Of a DNA stretch of 64,000 nt, positions 8,298-16,050 are shown one piece after another. Position 1 is the first letter of the stretch. Every line of letters begins with the position of its first letter. The position numbers and the translations under genes were made by a program. The notes under the pieces were generated by a model that ran no database searches, was not told where the DNA came from, and saw only the letters and a program-made list of their open reading frames with translations. This DNA comes from an uncultured Eubacteriales bacterium (GTDB lineage Bacteria; Bacillota; Clostridia; Christensenellales; Aristaeellaceae), in assembly GCA_902801165.1 (NCBI GenBank), contig CADCHI010000007.1, positions 17,302 through 81,301 on the forward strand, given 5' to 3'.

Positions 8298-9257
8298 ATG
8301 ACGGCAGCAAACGAGCGCTTCGAGGCCCGCGTGCAGGCGCTGGCAGACCGCATATTGGACGATTACGGCAACGAGAGGGTCATCGACCGGCTGGAGATGT
8401 TCACCCAGCCCGACCGGCAGATCATTGAGGGGCTGATCGGCAAGCTGCTGCGCCTGGTGTTTCCCGGCTACTTCCGGGACTACACCTACCGCATCTACAA
8501 CCCGAAGAACAACCTGTCCGCGCTGATCGAGGACATCGCCTTTCACCTGAACCGCCAAATCGGCATCGCGCTGAAGGACGGCGACCCGCGGGAGGACGAG
8601 TCGATCCAGCGCCGGGCCGAGGACATCACCGCCGCGTTCCTGGAGAAGCTGCCGGAGATCCGCGCCCTGGTGGAGACGGATCTCCAGGCCGCCTACGACG
8701 GCGACCCCGCCGCCTCCAGCAAGGCGGAGGTCATCATCGCCTATCCCGGCATCTACGCCATCACGGTGAACCGGCTGGCCCACGCGCTGTACCAGCTGGA
8801 GGTGCCGCTGATCCCCCGCATCATGACCGAGTTCGCCCACAGCAAGACGGGCATCGACATCCACCCCGGTGCGCAGATCGGCAAGTACTTCTTCATCGAC
8901 CACGGCACCGGCATCGTCGTGGGCGAGACCACCGTCATCGGCGACAACGTGAAGATCTACCAGGGCGTCACCCTGGGCGCGCTGTCCACCCGGGGCGGCC
9001 AAAAGCTCCACGGCAAGCGCCGCCACCCCACCATCGAGGACAACGTGACCATCTACGCCGGCGCGTCCATCCTCGGCGGCGAGACCGTCATCGGCCACGA
9101 CTCCGTGATCGGCTCCAACGTGTTCATCACCCACCCCATCGCCCCCGGCACCCGGGTGAGCATCAAGAACCAGGAGCTGCAATACAAGAACGGCCAGGGC
9201 TACGTGCTCCAGTCCGACATCCCCGAGGGCGACCCCGCCTGGTTTTACGTGATCTGA
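8298..9257 (+). CDS. cysE: Serine O-acetyltransferase
   Basis: GIDIHPGAQIGKYFFIDHGTGIVVGETTVIGDNVKIYQGVTLGA hexapeptide-repeat core. Start at MTAANERF. The track ORF from 8022 overlaps the divergent AKR gene. Confidence 0.85.
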   Translation: MTAANERFEARVQALADRILDDYGNERVIDRLEMFTQPDRQIIEGLIGKLLRLVFPGYFRDYTYRIYNPKNNLSALIEDIAFHLNRQIGIALKDGDPREDESIQRRAEDITAAFLEKLPEIRALVETDLQAAYDGDPAASSKAEVIIAYPGIYAITVNRLAHALYQLEVPLIPRIMTEFAHSKTGIDIHPGAQIGKYFFIDHGTGIVVGETTVIGDNVKIYQGVTLGALSTRGGQKLHGKRRHPTIEDNVTIYAGASILGGETVIGHDSVIGSNVFITHPIAPGTRVSIKNQELQYKNGQGYVLQSDIPEGDPAWFYVI

Positions 9258-9324
9258 CGGGCAAAATCCGGCTTTTCCGTAATGCTTCAAGCTGAAAAAG
9301 GCTCTTCGCGGATAGTTGGGGGAT

Positions 9325-9488
9325 TAGAGTGTGTTTCTAAATGCAGGGAGATGCAGTTTCGAGTGGATTTTGCTGCATTTCAAGGCGATTTCCTGCAGGC
9401 TTAGTGGCGCTAAGTCAAGGGAAATCAACGCAGAAATGCAGTCTAATACGCCGAAAATGCGCTTCAGGCATTTTAGAAACAGACTCTA
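9325..9488 (-). repeat. Family-1 element, copy B
   Basis: Reverse complement of copy A. Confidence 0.9.
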
Positions 9489-9515
9489 ACGCTACTCACT
9501 TATTCGACGCTATGT

Positions 9516-9588
9516 AAAGATCCTTCGCTCTGCTCAGGATGACACCGAAACGATGTCCTGTCAACCTGAGCAAAGCGAAGGATCTTTT
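9516..9588. repeat. Family-2 long hairpin repeat, copy 1
   Basis: AAAGATCCTTCGCTCTGCTCAGGATGAC ... TCAACCTGAGCAAAGCGAAGGATCTTT. Imperfect stem of about 28 bp. Confidence 0.9.
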
Positions 9589-9600
9589 GCGCTTTCTTAA

Positions 9601-9754
9601 CTAGAGTGTGTTTCTAAAATGAGGCATGTACAGTTTCGAGCGGATTGGGCTGCATTTCAAGGCGATTTCCCGCAGGCTTAGTGGGGCTAAGTCAAGGGAA
9701 AATGCAGCTTAGGACACCGAAAATGCATTTCGCCGAATTTAGAAACAGACTCTA
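9601..9754 (-). repeat. Family-1 element, copy C (shorter variant)
   Basis: Same termini as copy B, with a divergent and shortened interior. Confidence 0.85.
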
Positions 9755-9893
9755 ACAGTGTTGAAAGAGACCTCTCATGGATCGTTGCATTTCATTCCCC
9801 AGTTTTCCATGATGAGCCTGTATTTTTGTCGCCATCCGCAATCGCCTACGCGCGATCAAACAGATCCGTATCAGGCCGATCGATCGGGATCTC

Positions 9894-11564
9894 TCAATGC
9901 CTGCCGCGTCCCGCGCCGCCGCCAGAGGAATGGCCTCCCCCGCCGCTGCCGCCACCGAAGCCGGAAGAATGCGAGGAAGAACCGGAGGAGCGGGAGGATG
10001 AGCCGGAGGAGCCCCAGCGGTCGTCGTCCCGCTCGTGTTTCTCTTTAAAAGCGCCAAGTTTGAATACCAGGAACAGCAGCAAGCCCACCACCGGTACCAG
10101 GAGAATGATCAGCAGGATCTGCCCGACCTTCTCGCTGTTCTTCCTGCCCCTCCTCCTGGAATCCTCCTCTTTGATCTTGGCATATCTTTCTTCGGCGGCA
10201 CTGCGTCCCGTGACGAAGCTGTCGGCAACACCGCCGCCGCCCTCCGCCTTGAGCTTTGACCAATCGCCGTCCGACTCGGCCCAGTGTCCGTATTGCCACT
10301 TAGCGCTGGATATGCTGGGTTCCGGGCCCAGCACACTTTCAATATATGCGTTATAATATAAGGATTCGGGAACATCTGAACGGAATATATTCTGGACCGC
10401 CGCGGAATAGCTCGAGGCATAGGTATGCGCAGTAAAGAAGCTTTCATACGCGCCTTTATCATAGTCGCGTTTTTTGAAATGCGGCACCATTTGGGCAAGG
10501 GACTGGGCCATCGTAAAATCATTGCATTCGCTCGCCGCGCCCCGCACCATGCAGTAATCACCGTCGTCGATCGCCATCAGGATCAGCATGCCTTCGTTTC
10601 GCGCGTCGCCAATGCCCCATTTGTTGAACAGCGCGTAGGCGTAATCCTCAATGGGTATGCCGCCGGTGGTCTTTACCGTCGCCACGACCAGCTGAACGCC
10701 GCAGTACTCATACAGCGCCCGGCTTGCGAAGAATATGGTTCCCCGCGTTTCTTCGGAAAGGACGTCCGCCAGGTCCGTGAAGTAAAACCACTGGCTGGGT
10801 TCAGGCAGGTCCATTTCCACGTCGAGCGGTTCGCGGGTGGGCGAAGGCGTCCGGGTCGGCATGGGCGTGCCCGTGGCCCTGGGCGAAGGCGTCGGGGTCG
10901 GCACGGGCGTGCCCGTGGCTTCGGGCGAAGCGCTGACGGATACCGGGGCCTCTTCGGCATTCACGGCGATTCCCCCGCCGCCGGCGCTGGCGGTCATGGC
11001 GTCGGGATTCGCCTGCCCCTTCCAGGCGAGGTAGTCCTCGATGCCCTGCTCCACGGTCACATCGGCGTTGTAGGTGTCCGCGATGCGCTTGAAGACGACC
11101 TCGTAGAACTTCTTCACGCCGTCCTCGTAGCGTTTCGCCGCGAATTCCGCCTCCAGATATTCGTCCAGATACGCCTTGAGCTGGCCCGCGCCCAGCTTCG
11201 GCTGGAGGTTGTCGCCGCAAAGGGCATAGTAATTTTCGTCCCCAACGGCCAGCAGCAGCAGGAAGCCGTTGTTGGCCTCCCTGTCGCCGATGCCCCATTG
11301 GTTGAACAGCTCCACGGCATATTCCGAAATCTCCCGGCCGCCGGTGGAGTCGATGGTCACGACGACCATCTGCGCGCCGCAGGCGGCGCTCAACCGCTTG
11401 TTCGAGAAGTAGATTTCGCCTTCCAGTGCCTCGGAAAGCACGTTCGCCTCGTCCAGGAAGTAGAATTCCCGGCCCGGTTCCTGCACCGCTGCCAAGGCGG
11501 GCAACGCCGAAAGCATCATCAGCAAGAGCGCCAGCGCCGCGCACAGTATCCGCCTGATCGCCAT
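9894..11564 (-). CDS. Tandem TPM-domain protein with a C-terminal TM helix and Gly/Ser-rich tail
   Basis: Two TPM units (YFLDEANVLSE...WGIGDREANNGFLLLLA and YFTDLADVLSE...WGIGDARNEGMLILMA) joined by a Pro/Thr linker. Start at MAIRRIL, preceded by AAGGAGG. Confidence 0.8.
   Translation of the reverse strand: MAIRRILCAALALLLMMLSALPALAAVQEPGREFYFLDEANVLSEALEGEIYFSNKRLSAACGAQMVVVTIDSTGGREISEYAVELFNQWGIGDREANNGFLLLLAVGDENYYALCGDNLQPKLGAGQLKAYLDEYLEAEFAAKRYEDGVKKFYEVVFKRIADTYNADVTVEQGIEDYLAWKGQANPDAMTASAGGGGIAVNAEEAPVSVSASPEATGTPVPTPTPSPRATGTPMPTRTPSPTREPLDVEMDLPEPSQWFYFTDLADVLSEETRGTIFFASRALYEYCGVQLVVATVKTTGGIPIEDYAYALFNKWGIGDARNEGMLILMAIDDGDYCMVRGAASECNDFTMAQSLAQMVPHFKKRDYDKGAYESFFTAHTYASSYSAAVQNIFRSDVPESLYYNAYIESVLGPEPSISSAKWQYGHWAESDGDWSKLKAEGGGGVADSFVTGRSAAEERYAKIKEEDSRRRGRKNSEKVGQILLIILLVPVVGLLLFLVFKLGAFKEKHERDDDRWGSSGSSSRSSGSSSHSSGFGGGSGGGGHSSGGGAGRGRH
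10839..10932. repeat. 42-nt tandem repeat (2.2 copies) encoding the SP(E/R)ATGTP(V/M)PT(P/R)TP linker
   Basis: GGGCGAAGGCGTCSGGGTCGGCAYGGGCGTGCCCGTGGC repeated head to tail. Confidence 0.85.
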
Positions 11565-11595
11565 GTTGTCCTCCTTATAGCCCAAGTTTGTTTTA

Positions 11596-11624
11596 ATAAT
11601 AGATAAAGATAACTGGAAAGTCAA
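11596..11624 (-). promoter_or_regulatory. Sigma-A type promoter for the TPM gene
   Basis: On the minus strand: TTGACT, 17-nt spacer, TATTAT. Confidence 0.55.
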
Positions 11625-11679
11625 TATGGCAGGACCGCCGGTGGCGAAAAAAGTCCCTTGATTAATTTACCGCCATCCC

Positions 11680-11708
11680 TTGAAAGTCGTGCTCCCTATT
11701 GATATAAT
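11680..11708 (+). promoter_or_regulatory. Sigma-A type promoter for the Rrf2 regulator gene
   Basis: TTGAAA, 17-nt spacer, TATAAT. Confidence 0.65.
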
Positions 11709-11739
11709 GGGAATAGCGAATGAATGGGGAGGGTGAACG

Positions 11740-12144
11740 ATGATCTCAACAAAGGGACGCTATGCGCTTCGGGTAATGATCGACCTCGCCGAACAGCAGT
11801 CGGAGGGCTATGTGCCGCTGAACGAGATCGCGGCGCGCCAGGAGATCTCCGTCAAGTACCTGGAGCTGATCCTGAAATCGCTGGTACAGAACAAGCTGCT
11901 GGAGGGCCAGCGCGGCAAGGGCGGCGGCTACCGCCTCACCCGCGCGCCGGAGGACTATACCGCGGGGGAGATCCTGGAGCTGACCGAGGGCACGCTGTCC
12001 CCCGTCGCCTGCCTGGCTCCCGGTGCGAAGCCCTGCCCCCGCTGCGACGGCTGCCGGACGCTGCCCCTGTGGCAGAAGTTCGACGCGACGGTGCACGACT
12101 TCTTCTACGGGGTCACGCTGAGGGAACTGATGCGTAAAGATTGA
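11740..12144 (+). CDS. Rrf2 family transcriptional regulator (CymR/IscR-like)
   Basis: MISTKGRYALRVMIDLA, wHTH ISVKYLELILKSL, GGGYRL. C-terminal Cys cluster CLAPGAKPCPRCDGC. Confidence 0.85.
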   Translation: MISTKGRYALRVMIDLAEQQSEGYVPLNEIAARQEISVKYLELILKSLVQNKLLEGQRGKGGGYRLTRAPEDYTAGEILELTEGTLSPVACLAPGAKPCPRCDGCRTLPLWQKFDATVHDFFYGVTLRELMRKD

Positions 12145-12163
12145 GTTACGCGCTATTATCCTA

Positions 12164-12192
12164 TTGACACGATGGGTTTATTGCGGTATACT
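12164..12192 (+). promoter_or_regulatory. Consensus sigma-A promoter of the cysK leader
   Basis: TTGACA (12164-12169), 17-nt spacer, TATACT (12187-12192). Confidence 0.7.
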
Positions 12193-12220
12193 GTACAAAA
12201 ACAAACGGGAGATGAACGCC

Positions 12221-12313
12221 ATGCGCCGCGCGTCCTTCATGCACCTCAGCCGCGCCTGTTATATGGACAGGTGTTGTTGTCGTGGAAGAATGCCGCGTTT
12301 CTCCTGCCTGTAG
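12221..12313 (+). CDS. Candidate Cys-rich leader peptide [30 protein letters not shown] (regulatory uORF)
   Basis: GGGAG lies 9 nt upstream of the ATG at 12221. TGT TGT TGT occupies 12272-12280. There are 5 Cys in 30 codons. The stop at 12311-12313 is 38 nt before an intrinsic terminator. Confidence 0.4.
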   Translation: MRRASFMHLSRACYMDRCCCRGRMPRFSCL

Positions 12314-12350
12314 GCGTGCCCTTGCCGGCGCGCCAGGTTCGCCCCACATT

Positions 12351-12383
12351 ACAGGAGATTCGCAAGGAATCTCCTGTTTTTTC
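12351..12383 (+). terminator. Intrinsic terminator (attenuator) in the cysK 5' leader
   Basis: ACAGGAGATTC / GAATCTCCTGT is an 11-bp stem with loop GCAAG, followed by TTTTTT. It lies 35 nt upstream of the cysK ATG. Confidence 0.8.
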
Positions 12384-12417
12384 AATTCGATTATGCAAGG
12401 ATGAAAGGAGTTTCACC

Positions 12418-13350
12418 ATGACCAGGATCTTCAAGAGCGCCGATCAGCTCATCGGCAACACCCCGCTCGTCGAGTTCACCCACATCGAAGCCGCCGAGGG
12501 CCTGAAGGCCACGCTGCTGACGAAGCTGGAATACCTCAATCCCGCGGGCAGCGTCAAGGACCGCATCGCCCGGGCCATGATCGACGACGCCGAGGCCCGC
12601 GGCGCGCTGAAGCCCGGCGCGACCATCATCGAGCCGACCTCCGGCAACACCGGCATCGGCCTGGCCGCCGTGGCCGCCGCCAGGGGCTACAGGATCATCA
12701 TCGTCATGCCGGAGACCATGTCCGTGGAGCGCCGCCAGCTGATGAAGGCCTACGGTGCGGAGCTGGTGCTCACCGAGGGCAGCAAGGGCATGAAGGGCGC
12801 CATCGCCAAGGCCGAAGAGCTGGCCGCCACCATCGAGAACAGCTTTATCCCCGCCCAGTTCGACAATCCCGCCAACCCGAAGGCACACTTCGACACCACC
12901 GGCCCGGAGATCTGGGCGGACACCGACGGCAAGGTGGACATCTTCGTCGCGGGCGTGGGCACCGGCGGCACCATCACCGGCGTAGGCAAGTTCCTGAAGT
13001 CCAAGAACCCCAACGTGAAGATCGTGGCCGTGGAGCCCGCCACCTCCGCCGTGCTGTCCACCGGCGTGGCCGGCGCGCACAAGATCCAGGGCATCGGCGC
13101 GGGCTTCGTGCCCAAGGTGCTGGACACCCAGGTCTATGACGAGATCATCGCCGTTCCTAACGAGGAAGCCTTCGCCACCGGCAAGGCCATCGGCCGCCAG
13201 GAGGGCGTGCTGGTGGGCATCTCCTCCGGCGCGGCGGCCTGGGCCGCCATCCAGCTGGCCAAGCGGCCGGAGAACGCGGGCAAGACCATCGTCGCCCTGC
13301 TGCCGGACACCGGCGACCGCTACCTCTCCACGCCGCTGTTCAGCGAATAA
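12418..13350 (+). CDS. cysK: Cysteine synthase A (O-acetylserine sulfhydrylase)
   Basis: [25 protein letters not shown] (PLP lysine motif), [32 protein letters not shown]. Confidence 0.9.
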   Translation: MTRIFKSADQLIGNTPLVEFTHIEAAEGLKATLLTKLEYLNPAGSVKDRIARAMIDDAEARGALKPGATIIEPTSGNTGIGLAAVAAARGYRIIIVMPETMSVERRQLMKAYGAELVLTEGSKGMKGAIAKAEELAATIENSFIPAQFDNPANPKAHFDTTGPEIWADTDGKVDIFVAGVGTGGTITGVGKFLKSKNPNVKIVAVEPATSAVLSTGVAGAHKIQGIGAGFVPKVLDTQVYDEIIAVPNEEAFATGKAIGRQEGVLVGISSGAAAWAAIQLAKRPENAGKTIVALLPDTGDRYLSTPLFSE

Positions 13351-13362
13351 ACCGATAAAACC

Positions 13363-13413
13363 AAAAAACGCCCGTGGCCGGGATCGCATTGCGGTCCCGG
13401 CCACGGTTTTTTT
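13363..13413. terminator. Bidirectional intrinsic terminator between cysK and hsp20
   Basis: CCGTGGCCGGGA / TCCCGGCCACGG is a 12-bp stem, flanked by an A-run upstream and a T-run downstream. Confidence 0.85.
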
Positions 13414-13416
13414 CAG

Positions 13417-13869
13417 TTACTGGATCTCGATCTTCCGCGCCTCGGGAAGGGCCTGCTTTTCCTGCTTGGGCAGGTTCAAGGTCAGCACGCCGTCCTTGAA
13501 GGCGGCGGTAATGTCCTCCTCTCGGATGCCCTCCACGTTGAAGGAGCGGCTCACGCTGCCGCAGCGGCGCTCGCGGTAGATGTAGCGCTCGTCCTCACCC
13601 TTGTCCTCCTTCTCCTGGTTGTAGTGGGCGGAGATGGTCAGCACGTCGTTATGCAGCTCCACCTGCACGTCGTCCTTGGACGCGCCGGGGATCTCTGCCT
13701 CCAGCGTATAGCGGTCGCCGTCGTCGCGGACATCCACCTTCATGGGGCGATCGGCCCGCGCCATGCCGTCAAAGAACGGCCGGAAGAAGCTGTCGCCGAA
13801 GTCGTCAAAAAAGCTCCTGGGGGCAACGCTGCGATTGCTGCGATAGGGAATCATTCCAAACATATTCAT
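13417..13869 (-). CDS. Hsp20/alpha-crystallin family small heat-shock protein
   Basis: VDVRDDGDRYTLEAEIPGASKDDVQVELHNDVLTISA and AAFKDGVLTLNLPK. RBS AAGGAGG. Confidence 0.9.
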   Translation of the reverse strand: MNMFGMIPYRSNRSVAPRSFFDDFGDSFFRPFFDGMARADRPMKVDVRDDGDRYTLEAEIPGASKDDVQVELHNDVLTISAHYNQEKEDKGEDERYIYRERRCGSVSRSFNVEGIREEDITAAFKDGVLTLNLPKQEKQALPEARKIEIQ

Positions 13870-13970
13870 ATCCTCCTTTTCTGTCCGCGGGGCCGTGCCC
13901 GGCGCGGACGGTCGGCATTGCTATTATCCTCAGCGGGGCGTCGCTCTATGCCCTCCCGCTGACATCTATC

Positions 13971-13998
13971 ATTATAGTCAAAGGTCAAAGATAGTCAA
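13971..13998 (-). promoter_or_regulatory. Sigma-A type promoter of hsp20
   Basis: On the minus strand: TTGACT, 16-nt spacer, TATAAT. Confidence 0.6.
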
Positions 13999-13999
13999 T
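13976..13999. promoter_or_regulatory. CtsR-like operator (three RGTCAAW heptads)
   Basis: AGTCAAA GGTCAAA GAT AGTCAAT compared with the consensus RGTCAAA-NAN-RGTCAAA. It spans the -35 to -10 region of the hsp20 promoter. Confidence 0.5.
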
Positions 14000-14046
14000 A
14001 TCTTATTCTGTGAGTTTACCGACGTTTAACAATTCACTATTTCACC

Positions 14047-14075
14047 TTGACATTTCTCTCCCGCCGGCATAGAAT
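14047..14075 (+). promoter_or_regulatory. Sigma-A type promoter of the NUDIX gene
   Basis: TTGACA, 17-nt spacer, TAGAAT. Confidence 0.6.
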
Positions 14076-14165
14076 GGAGGTTGAGCCCGAATCATGCCAG
14101 CCCTCGCGGGAGGCGATGCGCCGCGCCCGGAGGGGCTCCATCCCCTACGGAGGAACAACGACGCC

Positions 14166-14663
14166 ATGAAGCAGACCACGCTGTGCTACATCGAGCGCGA
14201 CGGCCAGTACCTGATGCTGCACCGCACGCGCAAGGCCCACGACGACAACCACGACAAGTGGATCGGCATCGGTGGCCACATCGAACCCGGAGAGACCCCC
14301 ATCGAGTGCATCCTGCGGGAGACCCGGGAGGAGACCGGACTGACCCTCGCGGACTGCCGGTATCGGGGCGTCGTCCACTTCCGTTCGGACGCCTATCCGG
14401 ACGAGGACATGCACCTGTTCACCGCTACGCGCTTCACCGGCGAGATGATCGACTGCGACGAGGGCGAACTGGCCTGGATCGACAAGGACAGGCTGCTGTC
14501 CCTCACGCTGTGGGAGGGCGACCGGGTGTTCCTGGCGCTGCTGGACCGGCGGGAATCCTTTTTCGAGCTGACCCTGGAGTACCGGGGTGAGTCCCTCGCC
14601 CGGGCCGTGCTGGACGGCGACGCGCTCGCCCTGCCCTTCGATCCGGACGCGGCGGGGCTGTAG
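14166..14663 (+). CDS. NUDIX hydrolase (MutT/8-oxo-dGTP diphosphatase-like)
   Basis: Nudix box GIGGHIEPGETPIECILRETREETGL. Start at MKQTTL, preceded by GGAGGA. Confidence 0.8.
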   Translation: MKQTTLCYIERDGQYLMLHRTRKAHDDNHDKWIGIGGHIEPGETPIECILRETREETGLTLADCRYRGVVHFRSDAYPDEDMHLFTATRFTGEMIDCDEGELAWIDKDRLLSLTLWEGDRVFLALLDRRESFFELTLEYRGESLARAVLDGDALALPFDPDAAGL

Positions 14664-14741
14664 CACGGGTATAGAGCTGGTTGCCGAAGGGCCCCATCCC
14701 CTGCTGTTTCAAATTGAATTACATATAAGGAGGCGGCGTAT

Positions 14742-15002
14742 ATGCGCTGCAGCTGTCACAACTGCGACACCTACATGGTACATTCCGAGGGCCTGGAGTT
14801 GGGCTGCGTCTGTCCCCAGTGCGGCTACCGCTGCAAGGCCTGCCTGGGCACCAACAGCGTCGTCAGCCGGGAGGCCCTCTCCGGCCTGAAGGACAACGCG
14901 CTGCTGATGCAGGACATCTTCTCCAGCTTCGACAGCCAGGACGAGACCCCGGACCTGGAGGACGACCCCACCAAGTGGGGCGACAGCCAGTGGGAGGATT
15001 GA
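14742..15002 (+). CDS. Small zinc-ribbon protein with an acidic tail, function unknown
   Basis: CSCHNC...CVCPQCGYRCKAC. Strong RBS AAGGAGG. Codon third positions are GC-rich, as in neighbouring genes. Confidence 0.55.
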   Translation: MRCSCHNCDTYMVHSEGLELGCVCPQCGYRCKACLGTNSVVSREALSGLKDNALLMQDIFSSFDSQDETPDLEDDPTKWGDSQWED

Positions 15003-15032
15003 ACGAAACCAAACCCAACCCACCAAAATTGT

Positions 15033-15098
15033 CTGTTCCCGCCATGATGCGGCACTCCGTTCGTCGAGCGCCGCCAGGCGGGAACAGTACTTTATTCT
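15033..15098 (+). terminator. Long hairpin terminator after the zinc-ribbon gene
   Basis: CTGTTCCCGCC ... GGCGGGAACAG outer stem with an inner GCGGC/GCCGC stem, followed by TACTTTATTCT. Confidence 0.5.
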
Positions 15099-15269
15099 AT
15101 GCGCGTCCCGGGGTCCGCATTCGCGGGCCCTGTTCTATTTCTCCAAACCCCTTTATCCATTTCTTCCGAAACCCTTTGTCCATTTTTTTCTTGCGTGTTT
15201 CCAACGTTTGTGCTATGATTGCGTTAAGGCATTGTCAAGCATCCATAACCACTCATGGAGGAACGACGC

Positions 15270-15815
15270 ATGAACAAGATCATACAAAAGCTGAGGGATC
15301 ACCGCCTGGTCTATCTGTCAGCGGCCGTCGGCCTGCTGCTGATCCTGTTTCCCAAGGAGTTCACCGGAATCGCGCCCTACGTGATCAGCGCGGTGCTGAT
15401 CGTTCGCGTCATCCTCACTGTATTCATCAAGCGCGGAAACGACAAGTTCGCGAAGCGGCTCGTGCTCGGTCCCGCCACCCCCGGCGACTGCTTCGTGTCC
15501 CTCGTGCTGTGCGGCATGATGATCGCCTACGGCGCGGGCTCCATCGGACCCCTGGGCAGCATCTGGGCCATACTGTCGCTGCTCGAGGCGGGCAGGGAGC
15601 TGGACGAGATGGTCCACGAGCACCGCTATCCCCCCATTCGGTTGATCATCATGCTGATCATGACGGTGCTGGCGATCCTGCTGCTGTTCGACCCGGAGGA
15701 GCACTTCGCCTTCCACGTGCGCATACTGGGCATCGAGATCATACTGTCCGCGTGCCAGTGGCTGGGGCTGTTCAAGCGCTTCGGGATCAAAGAGCACACC
15801 GAGGGCGGCGAATGA
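15270..15815 (+). CDS. Polytopic membrane protein, function unknown
   Basis: About 5 hydrophobic helices. Start at MNKIIQKL, preceded by GGAGGA. Extended -10 promoter TTGCGT-17-TGcTATGAT at 15191-15219. Confidence 0.6.
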   Translation: MNKIIQKLRDHRLVYLSAAVGLLLILFPKEFTGIAPYVISAVLIVRVILTVFIKRGNDKFAKRLVLGPATPGDCFVSLVLCGMMIAYGAGSIGPLGSIWAILSLLEAGRELDEMVHEHRYPPIRLIIMLIMTVLAILLLFDPEEHFAFHVRILGIEIILSACQWLGLFKRFGIKEHTEGGE

Positions 15816-15861
15816 ACGGCGATATACGATCACACGGGAATCCTTCGCTCTGCTTATACCG

Positions 15862-16027
15862 CTAGAGTCTGTTTCTAAAATGCCTGAAGCGCATTTTCGG
15901 CGTATTAGACTGCATTTCTGCGTTGATTTTCCTTGACTTAACGCCACTAAGCCTGCGGAAAATCGCCTTGAAATGCAGCCAAATCCACTCGAAACTGCAT
16001 CTTCCTGCATTTAGAAACACACTCTAG
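15862..16027 (+). repeat. Family-1 element, copy D
   Basis: CTAGAGTCTGTTTCTAAA...TTTAGAAACACACTCTAG. Near-identical to copy A. Confidence 0.9.
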
Positions 16028-16050
16028 ACCATTCATACGATTTCATACCG

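Noticed and set aside
9325-9754. Possible CRISPR array, because of closely spaced repeats
   Set aside because: The repeats are about 150-165 bp long and palindromic. There are only two copies here, no regular 25-40 bp repeat/spacer periodicity and no cas genes.
12193-12417. T-box or SAM (S-box) riboswitch in the cysK leader
   Set aside because: I could not find the conserved T-box sequence (AAnnnGGGUGGUACCGCG-like), a specifier-loop arrangement or S-box core motifs by eye. This needs confirmation by a covariance-model search.
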